DNA of 64,000 nucleotides, taken from positions 496,001 to 560,000 of the forward strand of contig JAQGDQ010000118.1 in the NCBI GenBank assembly GCA_030141605.1, in the 5' to 3' direction. Of the stretch, positions 36,941 through 52,205 are shown in pieces (positions within the stretch are counted from its first letter, which is position 1; every line of letters begins with the position of its first letter). Made by a program: the position numbers and the translations under genes. The DNA comes from Tubiluchus corallicola. Its lineage: Eukaryota > Animalia > Priapulida. Under the pieces are notes generated by a model. The model was not told the DNA's origin, made no database searches, and was given only the letters and a program-made list of their open reading frames with translations.

Positions 36941-39861
36941 ACCTATAACCCGTCATAAATTATGCCACATAACTGGAATATCACAGCGTTGGAGTAAGGC
37001 GTAATAGGGATTTTTATTCATCTTCGTACATTTCGCTCAAAAATGGCTGAAAGTGGCAGCTGTTCACAGTATTAACAGTCTGATCATTAATTTTTGTTCT
37101 AAATGCCATTTAAATGTTTAATAAGAATTAACAAAATTTGCATTGTGTTTACAATCTGATGGCGCGTTCAGACGTAAGTTGCCAAGCCGTTCACACGAGC
37201 GACTTTACTCTCAGAGAGCGGTTGCACAACAAGTTGCGAGATAAGTCTCAACGTCTGAACGCCCCATCAGAGAGAAGTTGTGCATCAGTAAGAAACAAAG
37301 CTAATCATTGGCTTTCAGTTTGGAAACAAAACGTTCAGACGAATTTAGGAAGTAATCAACACTCATTCCTGGCATGTAGAACGCCAGGTGTTACAACAAA
37401 ACTTCCTTCTTTCTTTATGGTCAGAAAATGAATAGTAAATTAATGAATGAGTCAATCAACGACTGTTTTGTTGTCTGCAAATTTAAACAAAATGATAGAT
37501 CTTACCTTCCTTGATGTTTTACTATATTAGTATTGCTTTCTAATGATCTGCAATATGTGGTCGTTGCCGCTTTGGGTATCACCAAAACTCTGGCAACTGA
37601 CACGGGTTGGAGCAGGTCACTTTTATGCATCATGGGCTTAACAGTAATGAACTGACAGTTCATTAAAGGTTTAAATTCACATAACGATTAAATTTCTCTA
37701 CTAATAACAAGTTTGTACTGAACAGTCATCTTAGGAACACGCCCTTTTTCGCTCTCGTTCTTGAAACATCAAGGAACTTATACACCACTGAGGTCCTGAT
37801 AATTCTTTGCTCAATAAGTTACCATAATTTGGCCTAAACCCTGAACTTCGCCATAAAGGTCGCGTGGTTTGTGTAATCAGAGCCTGCTTCTGCTATTATC
37901 TGCTCTTACGTGTCCTGTTTCGCGAAGCCCGTTAACAACATGTATTTTGTTGCAAATTAACTGCAAATTATAACTGTTGTTGCAGCCATTCGTTTGTTAT
38001 TACTTGCGACCATGAGGTCTTTCACACTTCTTACAGTTATCTGGCTAATGATAATAATGATGGGCCACTGTAGCGATGCTTGGCTGCATGTCTGTAAAGC
38101 TGTGTGTGAATGTCATGCAGTTGACGTCTCATTTGATTTCAATAGATGTCGAGAGATTTGTAAAAGGCTTAATCGAAAAGAAATAATATTTATACTAATT
38201 ATACTTTCGTAATTATATTTATACTTTCCCGGACCCAACTCGCGATTTTTTCGAAATTTTGACCAAACAGCATGCGAAAAAAACGTTCTAGCGGCGCCTG
38301 GTTGCACTCTCAGAAGAGATATATAGCTGTTTAGAAAGAGGAAGAACAGGGCTACACGATGATGTCGGCTATATTTTAGGATAGGTCCACCAAAAGGAGT
38401 ACCGACGAGTTAATTAGATTTTCTATTTTCGGTAATTTCTGCTTAGAAAACTGCTGGCGCAAAGCCATTGTTGTGACGTCATCCATTATACTCTGCCTTT
38501 AACCTTATAACCTTAATTCAGTAAAAGCTGCTACTGGCTATGCGTTAGATAAACAGACAAACACTAGGTAGGATGTTCGCGCACTGTTGATTATAAGTGT
38601 ATTTATACGCAAAATTTTTTGCGGGGCCTTTGCTAGTTTATACTAATTTTACAATTTAATTTTACAATTTATTTATAATTTATTGGCTGTGCAAACGTAG
38701 AAGAGCACAAGCTCATTAAGTATAAAATACCAAGAAGAAATATAAGAAGAAAATGGCACCAAAAACACTAAAAACACTAAAAACAACGTCAAACCCCCAT
38801 AAAAATTTGCACACCTAAAAAACTCCTTGAATAAAATCTGGATAAAATGATTTGGATTTGTTATAACTTGTGTCACTGGCATATCTCACAAAAGCTGTCA
38901 TCAATAAACAATTATTACTATCATTCCAACGAGCAAAAACAAAAAAAGCATTGTTAGAATTCTTTAAGAACTTATTTATTTATTATTCGCAATGACACTA
39001 ATAAAGACACAAAATTTACAACGTAACTGAACGTAAGAATTACTTCCGTCTCATAAGGAATTAGTAATTTGATGAGTCTAAAGTCTGCTGCATGGTGACT
39101 AAGAGGACGACCTTGTCAAATCCCCATGATAAATTACGTAGTGGTTAGTTGAACGGAATCGAGAAGAGAATATAATCAGTAAAAAGCCAGGGCCATTTTA
39201 CCGTAATGCTTTTTTGCGATAATTCTGCGGGTTGTGCAGAATAAGGCTGAGGCTCTTAGTTAATGATTCCCACTGATATGATGGTATTTTAGAACAGCAA
39301 TATCGGTAATGATCTTATCGATCAGTGTAGCACTTGATTCAAAAATTCCGCGTAGACTTAATTTTGATGATAAAATGACATACTACTCGGCACCCATTTG
39401 TTAACTGCCCGTGTTTTTTTCTTTCCTCAAATGGCAAATGCTTAAGCCAGAACATTTTCCAGAACAAGTTTAACCTGCTGGAAGAGCAGAATCGTATTGC
39501 TCAATCAGCAGGGTGATTACAGCGCTTCGGGGTAGGTTATGCAACAGTGTAAAAACCTATAATAGATGCAACGAGACAGTTGTGACATTTAGTTTGTAGG
39601 CACTGTTAACAATTGCAAAGTTCAGAATCGCCATTTATTGTCACTTTTCACCACAAAAGCTGCCCGAGTGACTAAGTACAGGTGTATACTTGCTGAGCAT
39701 GGTAAGAACCAAGAATTATTTTTTAAATACATTTATTACAAGTTATGTATATATTAATTCTACTGATATATATATATATAAGATTCGAGGCTACAGCTTC
39801 GACGACGGCACCATTTGCGGCGATTTATACATTAGACGAATGGTCTCGATCTAGTTTTAAT

Positions 39862-40305
39862 TAGGGGTGAGCATTAGGGCTCTACCAGAAAGCGAATTCG
39901 AATCGAACAGAATTTGTGACTTTCGAATTCGAATCGAACCGAACTTCAGTGTTTCAAATTCGAACCGAATTCGAATTGAGATTGAACGATTTTCGAACAA
40001 GTTTTCGAACCACCAGTAAAAATTAGTCTTACAAAGATCATGCATGTCACTAGATTTTGTTCTGCAATAAAACGACTAGTAATTTGTTTAAAATTGTGTG
40101 CAGAAATAACAACTAAATTATGCTAATTGCATGTTGTTTCAATCGTTTTAGTGATCAGGAACATATGTGATTGAAGTGCTGAATTATTCGAATCTATAGT
40201 TTTGGATTCGAATCGAGTTCGAACTAAAAAAACTCGTTCGAATCGAATTCGAGCGTTCGAATTCGATTCGAATGTACGAACTCGAACGTTCGATGCTCAC
40301 CCCTA
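39862..40305. mobile_element. hAT-type MITE family C
   Basis: taggggtgagca / tgctcaccccta; perfect TSD gttttaat. Confidence 0.88.
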
Positions 40306-42192
40306 GTTTTAATATTCCTATAATTACAGAGAAAGAGCTTTCTCTGTGTAGACATGCCAAAAGTAGATGTATGTATAAAGTTGTTTTGGATCGTGTGTGA
40401 TGAGTGTGTCTGCATCTGCACATATATACGCCATAATGTCAGTGGTCGAATTGTTCAAGTTACAGGAAAATACATCTTTATTATAAAATACTCTTGAAAA
40501 AGTAATTTACACGTGTAACAATAATGTATATACCTTATATCTTAACTGAGACAGTAACAGAACTTAATTTATATATTCCAGAACAGTCTTGTGCAGAGAT
40601 CTTAGTGCATATTCTTTCATCCCATCACAGGTTTCCCAATTATCAAATGCCCGATACTGTGGGTTTTTATCCCTTCTCTGTGGGTCTGAGCTACTGAAAT
40701 TTAGTTAGAGGCGGATACTAATTTGTTTTGTCTAACCGCCAAAATTTTGTGAGGAAACTTCACTGATACTGTTAACATCTATATAAGCGATACAAATAGG
40801 CCATCGACTTGCTGGCTTCTTTGCCCTATTCGTGTACAACATACCACCACATAATATAGATTTTAACAGTAAAATTTGCAAGACTGCTGTTCTATAAATA
40901 TATGAGTAAAGAGAACCTGTTAAGTTATGCTAAAAGCAGCAGATTATGATAAATAATTATGTTGATAGATGCTGGTATGATGAAGCCAGTTAAGGAGTGG
41001 TGTCACGTGATTACGTGATCTAGGAATTGAGGTGCCGGGGCACCGCGCACGATATATAAAGTGTGCGAGGCCTCCAGCTGGGGAAATTAGTCTTAGATTG
41101 AGTCTGGGAGCCGGAGGGTACAGATCAGGGGCTTTTGGCATTGCTATCTATTATATTTATTGTGTTGATGTTTAATAAACGTGTCATTTTATAATCAGAC
41201 TCTTGATAGCTTTGCCATTCCTCAAGCTTCAATAAGCAGCTACACACAACCAATACAACGCAATATCCACTATACAACCAAATTAATTTTACTATATGCA
41301 GTCGTGACTGTTAGGAGGAATGGGTGGGGAGGTACGGTGTGCACTTTCTTCTGTAATAATACAGTGCGTTTGATGCAATTATCGTGTTGCCTAGATTAGA
41401 ATCATCATTAAGTCTCGTGTCATGTTGACACAGTCAACATGCGAACCAATAACTCCATGATCGACACTCACAAATATCGTGACTAAACAGAAGGCTGTAT
41501 CATCACGCTAAAGATGGCACCACTGGAATCACAGAGTTTTTGATAACGCTTGAATTTTTTTTATTTAACGCAGCAAATTTGAAAAATTCGGCATATCATT
41601 TACAGGATCTTTGGTAGCTGACTTGGTTTAATGAAACAGTCGCTTAAACAATTAATGCTACATATTAGTATTTTATTTATCGTGTTCCAACGTGCAATGT
41701 GTCAACAGAGACTTACCGCTTTGAAACTGATTAAATTTGCCACAAGTGCTTTGGCGGTAATAAATTTGCATGATAATGAAGCTGTGCTGGGATACAAACA
41801 CATAAATTGACACGGCTGCGATAAGCTGTCAAATTACGGCAAATTATGGGCTTCTAGCTAGCATACAACCCTTAAGGTACTGAAATACGAGAAACCAACG
41901 ATTTTTGATTCTCGCTATTAAGAATAAGCCGTAATCAATAGCGGCGACGACGACACTGCTGACAACGACGACGACCATGTCAACGCCAACGCTAATGCTA
42001 ATGCTAACAACAATGCCAACACCAACGACAACGACAACAGTTGCAGAAACAGCAATAACAACAATAATAACGATAACATCACCAATAAACAACATTGCAC
42101 ATAATGGAGAACCTCTTTGGTCTAACAAATACGGGGCTGTCTGCTCAATTCGTATTCGGCTCTATGCCAGCACAAAAGAAAAAGTATAATAT

Positions 42193-43789
42193 TGTTACGA
42201 AGGCAGATTTTGACCAACCCCCTAATGTTAGTAATGGGTATGGTTGAGAAGCCCAGTAATGCAAATGTACCTGTATAAAATAGAATGCATGCCGTAATTT
42301 GACGATTCCAACCTGGCCTTTCTGTCTGCAAGTGTGAATCCTGTAGGCTTGCTAATTTTTATACAAAAGTCTGTTCACATGTCATGGAGCCACTGGTTGT
42401 GCATTAAAGTTTATTTTACATTCGTATTCTTTTTACTTTTCTCGTCTGCTGTAAAGTATTTCATAACTTGTATGCCGCTCTATACATCCTGAGACGGATC
42501 CGCACTGGAACCCGGATCCGTTACACTGGTGTCAGAAGTGGGATCCGAAATTGCCACTTGGAATGGATCGACATTATTGGGTGTAGTAAGTGCTGCATTT
42601 TGCTTTAGGCAGACAGCTTGTCTGTACTACTCGGCGTGTTTTTTGTGTTTTTGTAGACAGTTTCGTGTTTTTACCTTTTATGTTGAAAGGCAATTGAACG
42701 GCCTTTGTGCGACAGGCAGCATCGGCCTTAGCTTAAACAATTCTACGTTTTTATCAGGTTTCCAATGAGGCGATAATAGCCCGTATTTAGGAATAGGCGA
42801 CGTACAGCCATTTTGTAACTTTGCATGTAAAGCGAGTCACCGTAGTTTTCGCGTGTTCTGTAATGGCTAGAGATGCCAGAATACGCTTTTCAACATAGGG
42901 CTATGTTGCGTTCAGTCAGCTAAGATTATGCAGTTGTGAACACTTGATGCTCGTCTTTTAACTGTATGTCACTGGTCAGAGTTGAACCAGTTTTCGGTAG
43001 CTTTTGTCAAAGCCAGAACGTTGAAGCAGTTAAAATCGTTTTCCTCTACTTTGCTGTACAGCAGTACCTTGTCTGTAAATTTGTTGCGTCTTTATTCCTC
43101 TTTATGTGCCGAGTCTGTTGCAGTAATCTTGTCAGTAAGTCTATCTCGTCCACTCAGGAAAGTCAAGTTCGAAACTCGATTGCCACACGAGTCCATTATG
43201 CAGTACCGCCAAAGAAACGGCTTATGGCTGGGAGTACAATACAGTTGTTGTAGCAGATGGCTGGAGTACCTACAGTTTCACGATGGAGAAACCTTCGCAA
43301 GTATCGCAAGACAGATGGTTCGAATCCCTACCAACACCCCAGGAGAACTTCTATAGTGGAATGCTCTTCAATTTTGATTATTTTTGATGTGATATTTTTT
43401 CGGTTCAACTGGAGTGTTTAATTGCATTTGTTGTAACTCATTTGTGGACAAATGTTACGAAGGCAGATTATGACCAACCCCCTAATGTTAGTAAATGGGT
43501 ATGGTCGAGAAGCCCAGTAATGCAAATGTATCTGTATAAAACAGAATGCATGCCATAATTTGACGATTCCAACCTGGCCTTTGTATAACACAAAGTCTGT
43601 TCACATGTCATGGAGCCTACTTTTCTCGTCTGCTGTAAAGTATTTCATAACTTGTATGCCGCTCTATACATCCTGAGACGGATCCGCGCTGGAACCCGGA
43701 TCCGTTACACTGGTGTCAGAAGTGGGATCCGAAATTGCCGCTCTATACATCCTGAGACGGATCCGCGCTGGAACCCCGGATCCGTTACA
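42193..43789 (+). mobile_element. Non-autonomous Gypsy-like LTR element (TRIM/LARD-like)
   Basis: LTR1 42193-42525 and LTR2 43453-43709 (tgttacg...cgttaca); PBS tggtgtcagaagtgggat (tRNA-Leu 3' end); 4-bp TSD atat; no recognisable internal ORF. Confidence 0.85.
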
Positions 43790-44968
43790 ATATTGTAATT
43801 TCATAATTTACAACGTGCCGGTTGTCAGCAGATTAGATTAGATTAGATTACATTAGATTAGATTTATTCGTCTGATTTAAATTTACACATATAATAAGAG
43901 ATAAACACTCCGATGATAAACGCTACATTGACACAGTAGCACAAGACTTTTAACAGTTAACAAACTGAAAAATCAATCAGTCACAGTTTTACAACATTTA
44001 CAACAATAGTGTAATAATATAGCGTATTAAAATCGAGATGTAGTAAGTAGTTATGCCAATTATAGTGCTGCATTATATCCAATTGCTGTGATGAATAACC
44101 ACAATTAGCAGACCAACAAAAAATACAAGGCATACAAACGATTTAAATTTTTGAAAGCAATTTTTCAATCACAATTACCTATATAATAATTACTCAGACG
44201 TTGTGTATGTGTATTTTCTATTCTGTGGTTCAGTCTCAAGTGGCGTGTATGTAGCATTCAGAATGCGTATGGGTTAATGGGAGGGGGAGGGGGGCTTTGT
44301 ATATAAACATGATTTATATTGTCTTCAATGTGGCCGTTTGTCAGACCTGCGTTGTGCGGTATTTTGTTCTGCAGGTATTTTCTGTTGATTTCGCAGCTAT
44401 TCTGCAGTTGGATAAGAAGGCATAACGCGTTCCGGATGCTACTATGGGCAATGGAATAGGTGGGAGAGCTGTTACTGAATTAAACTTTGCCCACAATTAT
44501 TAAGCCTGTTAGCTTTTTCAATCAAATAAAAAAACAATCATTAACAAATCACGAGGAATTATATTATAACATCTATACTATCAGGTACATAGATAACATA
44601 ATTATCAATAGTGAAATAACATAATTATAAATACTGAAAGAGCACTATACTAAAACACAACGGAACATAGCCTGGCTAGCTCACAGGTCTAAATATTCAA
44701 GGCAGACCTGTCATACACAGCTTAAATACAGAAAACTAGAACACTATTAATGTAAAAGGTCATTCAGAAGCAAATAAGTACAGTAAGTTAGAGGGAAATT
44801 TAAGCTATATCATTGCTGTTACAAGCCTAAAAAAGGGGAGAAATGAGATGAAGAGATGAGCAAGAAGATACGATGTAATATTTAAGAGTTAATCGACGCG
44901 AAGTAATTAAGGCGAACTTGGCGACATCCTACACAAACGCCATTTAAGGCGCAAAAACGTACCCTGCG

Positions 44969-45081
44969 CAGGGCCTATTTCAGGGGGTAGTGGGGATACT
45001 TCCCCGGGGCCTCACCTTCCAGGGGGCCTCGCGTCAAGGTAACTTTTGCTTTAAGCGAACATACTGCCTCCCTGGAACATA

Positions 45082-45177
<96 letters not shown>

Positions 45178-45416
45178 CGCACGCGCGCCGTTTACCAGTA
45201 TTGACAAGTATTAGAACTGATGTTAAGAATAAAGCAGTTTTTCTTTCAATTGTTCTTTCCATTAACAACTGTATAACTTCATATTTTCTCTTCGAAAACG
45301 CTTCTCGGCGTTCTAGCAGTTCAAAAATTTTCTGGGCGCCAACCATGGTGGCGATCCCGAGGGAGGGCCTCACGCGCCCACTTCCCCGGGCCTCGCTTAG
45401 GCTGAAATAGGCCCTG
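44969..45416. mobile_element. hAT-type MITE with internal (CT)n
   Basis: TIRs cagggcctatttcag / ctgaaataggccctg; TSD accctgcg/accttgcg; (CT)n at 45084-45175. Confidence 0.82.
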
Positions 45417-46083
45417 ACCTTGCGATCATCATAATAATGCTCCAAATTCTACAGTAAATATAGTATGACGTGACGAAACTTTTGCAGTCAGTTGATACGG
45501 ATTTTCTACACTAACCTTCATTCAGAATTCGAATAACTAGTTAAGTGAAAAGGAGATGCTAAGTTTAATCAGCCAGCGAGCTAATTAGTCGGTCAACTAA
45601 TAACTAGAAAGTCGATAGATTAGTTAGTAAGTTAGCTAATCAGTGAGTATCCAGTCAGTTGTTAAGTTAGCTGTTCAAGCGAATCGCGCCAGTTCATCAG
45701 CTAGTGGTTTGCTAAACAGACAGACAGACAGACAGACAGACACTAAAACACTCCATGAAAGCCAGTCAGTTATGGCAGTCTACCAGACTATCACTTACTG
45801 TTAAGCAAGTCGTGTGTGTGGACGTACCGTCTATTAGCAGTCATTGCAAATTACTGGGCTAATCAACGAAGCCAACAGAGACATGAAACTACTAATGACT
45901 ATTTGGTCGTGCATTTGGCAATTTGTGTGGTACAATATCGTTCTGGCCCTGAGGTGTTTTACCACTCCAGACATTGATCCGTCATGCATAGTGACTGTCC
46001 ATCACACGAATCAATTTTATAATATAATGTAACATTATAATATAATTTTCATATTTAAATATCGTAGTTTAGTTTGTGGTACA

Positions 46084-46795
<712 letters not shown>

Positions 46796-47464
46796 TATAT
46801 ATATATATTGTATGATTTAAAATTTGTTATCGTCATCTAGCTTCTCTTGTACTGCATTGTATTGTATTCCGTTTGTAATGTATTACAATTCATTGTATAA
46901 TTTTAGGGTGGTGGATCGTCTAAAATTGATAGACGTTCTCTTTATCAGTATCAGTTATCAGTATTTGTTATCAGTGTCAGTATTGATATACTGATAGTAC
47001 TTCTCGAGCAAACGTTTTTATTCATACTCTAAAACCAGTTTGAGCTAATATAGCAACGTTGTACAATGCAATCCAGTTTTTAAGGACTGAATCTACATTA
47101 TGTAGGTAGCTGTGTGTGGCAGGACTGGAATATATCTGATTGGCATGATCTTCAGCGGACTGGATTAGGCATCTGAATCAGGTTCCTATGTGAAAAAACC
47201 CCAGCATACGAAACAGAATCAGCACAGTGAATGAAACCGCCCACCAGGGGCCGATTATGTCCTTTTGGGGCACATGTAGCCTAACGAAATTGTGGGATTC
47301 CCTCAGACGGAGGCACTCTCCAACTCGTCTGCTACCTGTCTTGAATAGTTTTTACTCGTGATATATTTTAGCAACATTTACATACCTTGAAGCAAACTTA
47401 TTGAAAATTATTTAATTAAACTAAAATAGATATATTTTGTTTGTCAATAAAACATTGTTTGTCA

Positions 47465-47510
<46 letters not shown>

Positions 47511-48006
47511 AGACTACAGATAAAACCGTCTTGGTGGGTTAATCACTGAAATATTACCATCACATAATCTGCAGCATGTATATACATATTTCGATTTTTT
47601 AGTAGACAGTTTAAAAACTTAAACGTTAGTAGTAGACATAACTGGTAGATTATCCTTACTTTTTTCACCGCGAATTTAAACTTTTTTAATTATTTTTTTA
47701 TACTTTCTACTCTAAACGAATTTAATTGTTTTTTTATGAGCAACAGAATAATAACAGAATATCAACAGTATTTTCTTGTATATAGTTTTAGTGATATGTT
47801 TGGAAATGTCATAATGTATAAGCTTGTTACGTAATAAGAAAGTGAAGGTTGGCTGATTATAATAATCTTAAGGCTAACGACAAGTAATGTTAATTCAGTA
47901 ACGTAAGATTGCATCGGCCTTGTTAACGGCTAACGAGTCATAATCACTTAGTGAGTCAATCAGTGAGTCATGGTCAACAGTGTCCACACCTAATGTTACT
48001 TTAGAG

Positions 48007-48505
48007 CAGGGGTATGCAAATTGCGGCCCGCGGGCCACTTGCGGCCCGACCAGAGAATTTGTGCGGCCCGCAAAGAGATTTGTCAACCTAATGAAAGTGT
48101 GGCCCGGGCGATTAATTGAGTGTATCCAGCTGAAGTTCGTGCCACGATCCCAAAGATAGTGCGGGTAGTTTTTTCTACTAGATCGGATGCCATTAACCCT
48201 TACAAGACGGTTGTAGCTTAATGTCACCTTACTACACAGACTGTGTGATGCACATTACTAATATGCATTGTAATGAAATTACCACTATCTGTCCTGAAAG
48301 TAGAAATATATGGTTTGTAATATAAATTTTAATAACTTCTAAAATAGTTTCTTGAGTATAGTAGTGATGATGTACGCAGCTCGGATGCAAAAAATTGTTA
48401 TCAGGCCTTTCTGAACTTGGCTCCTTGATCAAACTGCCTGTGGTCCGCAGGAATTGCGGGAAAGTTTAATGTGGCCCGGCTGGTGAGATCATTTGCACAC
48501 CCCTG
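48007..48505. mobile_element. hAT MITE family A
   Basis: TIRs; perfect TSD ctttagag (Charlie-like). Confidence 0.88.
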
Positions 48506-48720
48506 CTTTAGAGAGTGACCATGGAGGACAGCGAAGGAAAATACTAGCGACACTTGTAGAAACAAACAAACCATGTATTACAGGCGGCAAATAACCGCTC
48601 TGCTTTTGTCAATACGTCCTGATCAGTTAGTTTTAAATTTTCATGCAGAGACGAACTTCATACAGCCGCGATAGGCGCAACGACTTTGTAACCTGCCCGT
48701 TAAACTGTCTCGACCTATAA

Positions 48721-49180
48721 CCCTTTCATACCCGTTGTATCCCGTGGGATACGAGAATATTTTCTGCCTTTAAAATTAATAAAATTTTAAAACTGACAGT
48801 TATTTGATCTGTTAATAGTTATTTTGATTTAAGACAATAACAATAGACTATAAATGGTGATAAAATGGCAAACTAGAAAATCTACATAGCATAAAAAACT
48901 GTGCAAGGTACAGTACTTTAGAGACGACTTTGTACAGATCAGTATAGCATGCATACTAAATGTCTTAAATACTTTAAAAAATTATCAGCAGTTGCAAAAT
49001 GAAGCACATTTTATGCTTCCATTGAATCCCAATGTATCCCGTGGGATACAGGCTATGTTTAGCACGCGGCACAAGTAGAAAAATAATAATTATTATGTGT
49101 AAACAAGATGGACATACTGAACAAAAGTACTAAATCAAAATTTTTTTTCTTTTTAAAAAAATAATTTGGGACTGAAAGGG
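48721..49180. mobile_element. piggyBac-like MITE
   Basis: ataa|ccctttca ... tgaaaggg|ttaa; internal palindrome gtatcccgtgggatac present twice. Confidence 0.65.
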
Positions 49181-49499
49181 TTAAGCGCAGTATTCTGTGT
49201 TGAAATGATAAAAAAGAGTTTAACAATCAAGCCCAGAGACAGGTATTATCCCATAATGTTTGGCAGAGCGTGTAATTAATTTCTTATCACGTACAGCTTC
49301 AAAATCATCAAAATAATTAATAATTATATAATCAAATATGAACGGATATTTTTTATGGTACTCATTATTCCAGCAATAATAATTGACCATGACGTTTTCA
49401 GGTCAATGTTACATTCAATTTATGATACGTTTGCTACTGTAATAATAATTGCATATGGTGGTCTGCCTACAAGTGCATCAGTGGGTTAATTACTTCACC

Positions 49500-50545
49500 G
49501 CAAAATATAGATTTTGTATATGCTGGCCTGAAACCACAAACAAAAACATGAAATATGAATTTATTTCACAGCAACTCAAACATACATACAAACTGATATA
49601 ACATTGACAAAAAAGTAAATAAACTATGCGAGTTACTGTGAGGAGGGGAAGGAGCATTGAGCTTTCGAGTCCTCCTCCAGATAAGTGAAACAATTGACAA
49701 TTAACATTACGTTTTCATCAGTTATAACGTTCATTGCAACAAAATAAGTTTTGTTAGTAACTTAAGATCAGGATGAGTAAAATTGTGAGTTAATTATACC
49801 GTTGTAGTAGGTAATTCTTTGATGCTTTTTTAAACTGATAAAGATTAAGAGTTTTCATTTCACGCGGAATTGATGACCATATTTTAATAGCATTATATTT
49901 TGATGACTGTTTCATTATATTTGTTTTTGGAAGGGGGAGTACATAGTTTTCGACTGAATATCTTGTGTAATGATCATGTTGATTTGAAACTGGACTAAAG
50001 TATGACTGAAAAGCTGGTGGAAGTAGTGAATTATGACAGAGATACATGGAATGAAGACAATACATGTCATATATTTCTTTCACTTTAAGAGTTTTAACAG
50101 ATAAATAAATTATATTTGTGGACTGGTCATACCTTACATGATATATCAGTTTGAGAATTTTGTTCTGGGTAATTTGTAAAGCTTCCAGATTACTTTTATA
50201 TACACCGCCCCAAGACATGACGCCATATATTAGATATGGGTAAACTAAACTGTAATAGATTTTCATCAATGTTTCTCCATTAACAAACTTGCATAATTTA
50301 TAGATGATTCGCAAGGTTTTACTCAATTTATGCTTTATTATACTTATTTGATACTTGCAGTCTAGGTGCTCATCAAGAAATATTCCCAAATATTTAACAT
50401 GTGACTTTTTTCAACAATAACATTACTAAGAACTATGGTTATATTTCTTGATGGTGTTCTCCTTTTCTTTTTTAGAAGCATGAAGTTAGATTTATTAATA
50501 TTCAATGAAAGCTTATTGACATTCAACCATTCTGTAACAAGTAAA
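49500..50545 (-). mobile_element. L2/CR1-group LINE, 5'-truncated ORF2 C-terminus + 3' UTR
   Basis: EWLNVNKLSLNINKS, VKYLGIFLDEHL, IYYSLVYPYLIYG, LQITQNKILKLI, IWSSIP; ORF 49790-50389. Confidence 0.85.
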
Positions 50546-51007
50546 TTATATTTTGCGGAAACATATTGCCGTTGAAAAGCGGGATTATTAGTTTATTTCC
50601 TACTAATGTTCAATTTTATGCGCAACGCAAATGAACGCATGGCTGGGTTTCATATCTGCTTGGCTTCATTTGGGGAAACAAAAGCACGTAAACTGTAATG
50701 TGGTCAGATTCGTGGATGTTGCCGCGTGATAACTTATTTGGCAATTTGCTGGCATTATCTCCTTGTTGTCCGTCAGCTTCATTTATGTCGGATATAATAA
50801 GCTTTCATTGCGCTGGCTTCAATCATATTTGCGCTGCATTGTAGCAGACGAACTTTGTAATGAGTAAACCTAACGAGTTTCCGGAATCGGTGTCTCTCAA
50901 ATGAACGTGATTTTATGTTGGTATAAGTCACTGAATTGTCTTGGACTACGTCGGGCAAGTATTTAGCAAGTACGTTCAATTTTGAAGTTTCTTGCCAATA
51001 CAATTGT

Positions 51008-51492
51008 CAGGGTGCATAAGATTATGGACATGTATAAAATAAATAAAATAGCTTATTTTATGGATTTTTGAAATTTTCTTTTATGGATATCAATAAAATA
51101 AGAAATAGACTACATCTGGAACGAGATGCCCAGGGGAAAATCAATTAAAAAGTAAAAACAGGAGTGCTTGAAACGGGTTTTTAAACACGCAGGACTTAGT
51201 TTTAATTTTTCGGTTTCATATCACTTCAAGTTTAATCAAATTATACGAGACAATGCCTTGTAATTCATCACTTCAGTTCAAATAATTCATCTATTTGGTA
51301 CGAATGTAGAATGCCCTCTAGGCTGAAGTTTCCAATCCAATGCCTGTATTCAGTTTTGATTGCCTTATTTTGTACAAAAAATCACAAAAATGTTTTTTTA
51401 TTTTATGCATTTCTTATTTTATGGATTTTTCAAATTTTATTTTATGGATTTTTGGACTTATTTTATGGATATCCATAATCTTATGCAGCCTT
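51008..51492. mobile_element. hAT-type MITE family F
   Basis: Same TIRs as the 30508 copy; perfect TSD acaattgt. Confidence 0.85.
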
Positions 51493-51919
51493 ACAATTGT
51501 GTAACATAATAGGTTAACTGTCATTGGTGCGTCAAAAACTGTTTTTCACGAAGAAAAACTTAGAATCTAAAAAGAAAGAAGCAAACTGTTATTCTAATAA
51601 AATTATTAGTGAAGGATTTTATGAAGATGGGGTCACTAATTTTTTTATCCTTATGAAGAATGGTGTTTTTAACTGAAGAATCAAGTTGAAAACGAGTCAT
51701 AAACAAGTCGAAAGAAACTACACCGATTTTGTCCAGTATAATCAGTATCACTTTTTTGCGATTTTATTAAAGGAAGACCGGCCGATTGTTTAGACTCAAT
51801 CTCATTTTAATTTACTGTCCAAAATATACATTTTGTTGCCTATAAAAGTTATCAATTGTTCCTTATATTTGAATAATTAGCTTAGAAAGTTAATTAACTG
51901 CAACTGAACACAGCTATTG

Positions 51920-52205
51920 CTTACGTCAGAAACTAACCACAGTTTTCCCTTGCGCAAAAGGCGTAAGTGTATAAGTGTTGTACAAGTGTTACAGTACTGT
52001 TTAAACGCAGTACTGATGTCACAAAAAATGGGCTTTACATCATATGACGTCAGAAACTAACACTGCAGTTCACGATCATGCTTATCACGGTACCGCCTTC
52101 AATTTTCGACCACGCGAATGCGACTAAAAGGCGCCGCTGCCAATCTTAGTAGATTCACTGAGCCGCGCGTAACTTTGCAAGTTTAACGAAATTTGAGTAT
52201 CCGAG
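51920..52205 (+). promoter_or_regulatory. Candidate promoter/first exon of the GPCR with clustered bZIP sites
   Basis: TTACGTCA 51921, TTGCGCAA 51950, TGATGTCA 52014, TTACATCA 52035, TGACGTCA 52045; donor gag|gtaatt at 52206; acceptor ttttcag ends 53597. Confidence 0.35.

Noticed and set aside
41844-42189. Hydrophobic / Thr-rich ORFs
   Set aside because: Degenerate trinucleotide (ACA/ACG) low-complexity sequence
44975-45445. 156-aa ER-repeat ORF
   Set aside because: Translation of a (CT)n microsatellite inside a MITE
49790-50389. 199-aa host gene
   Set aside because: It is the C-terminal part of a truncated LINE ORF2
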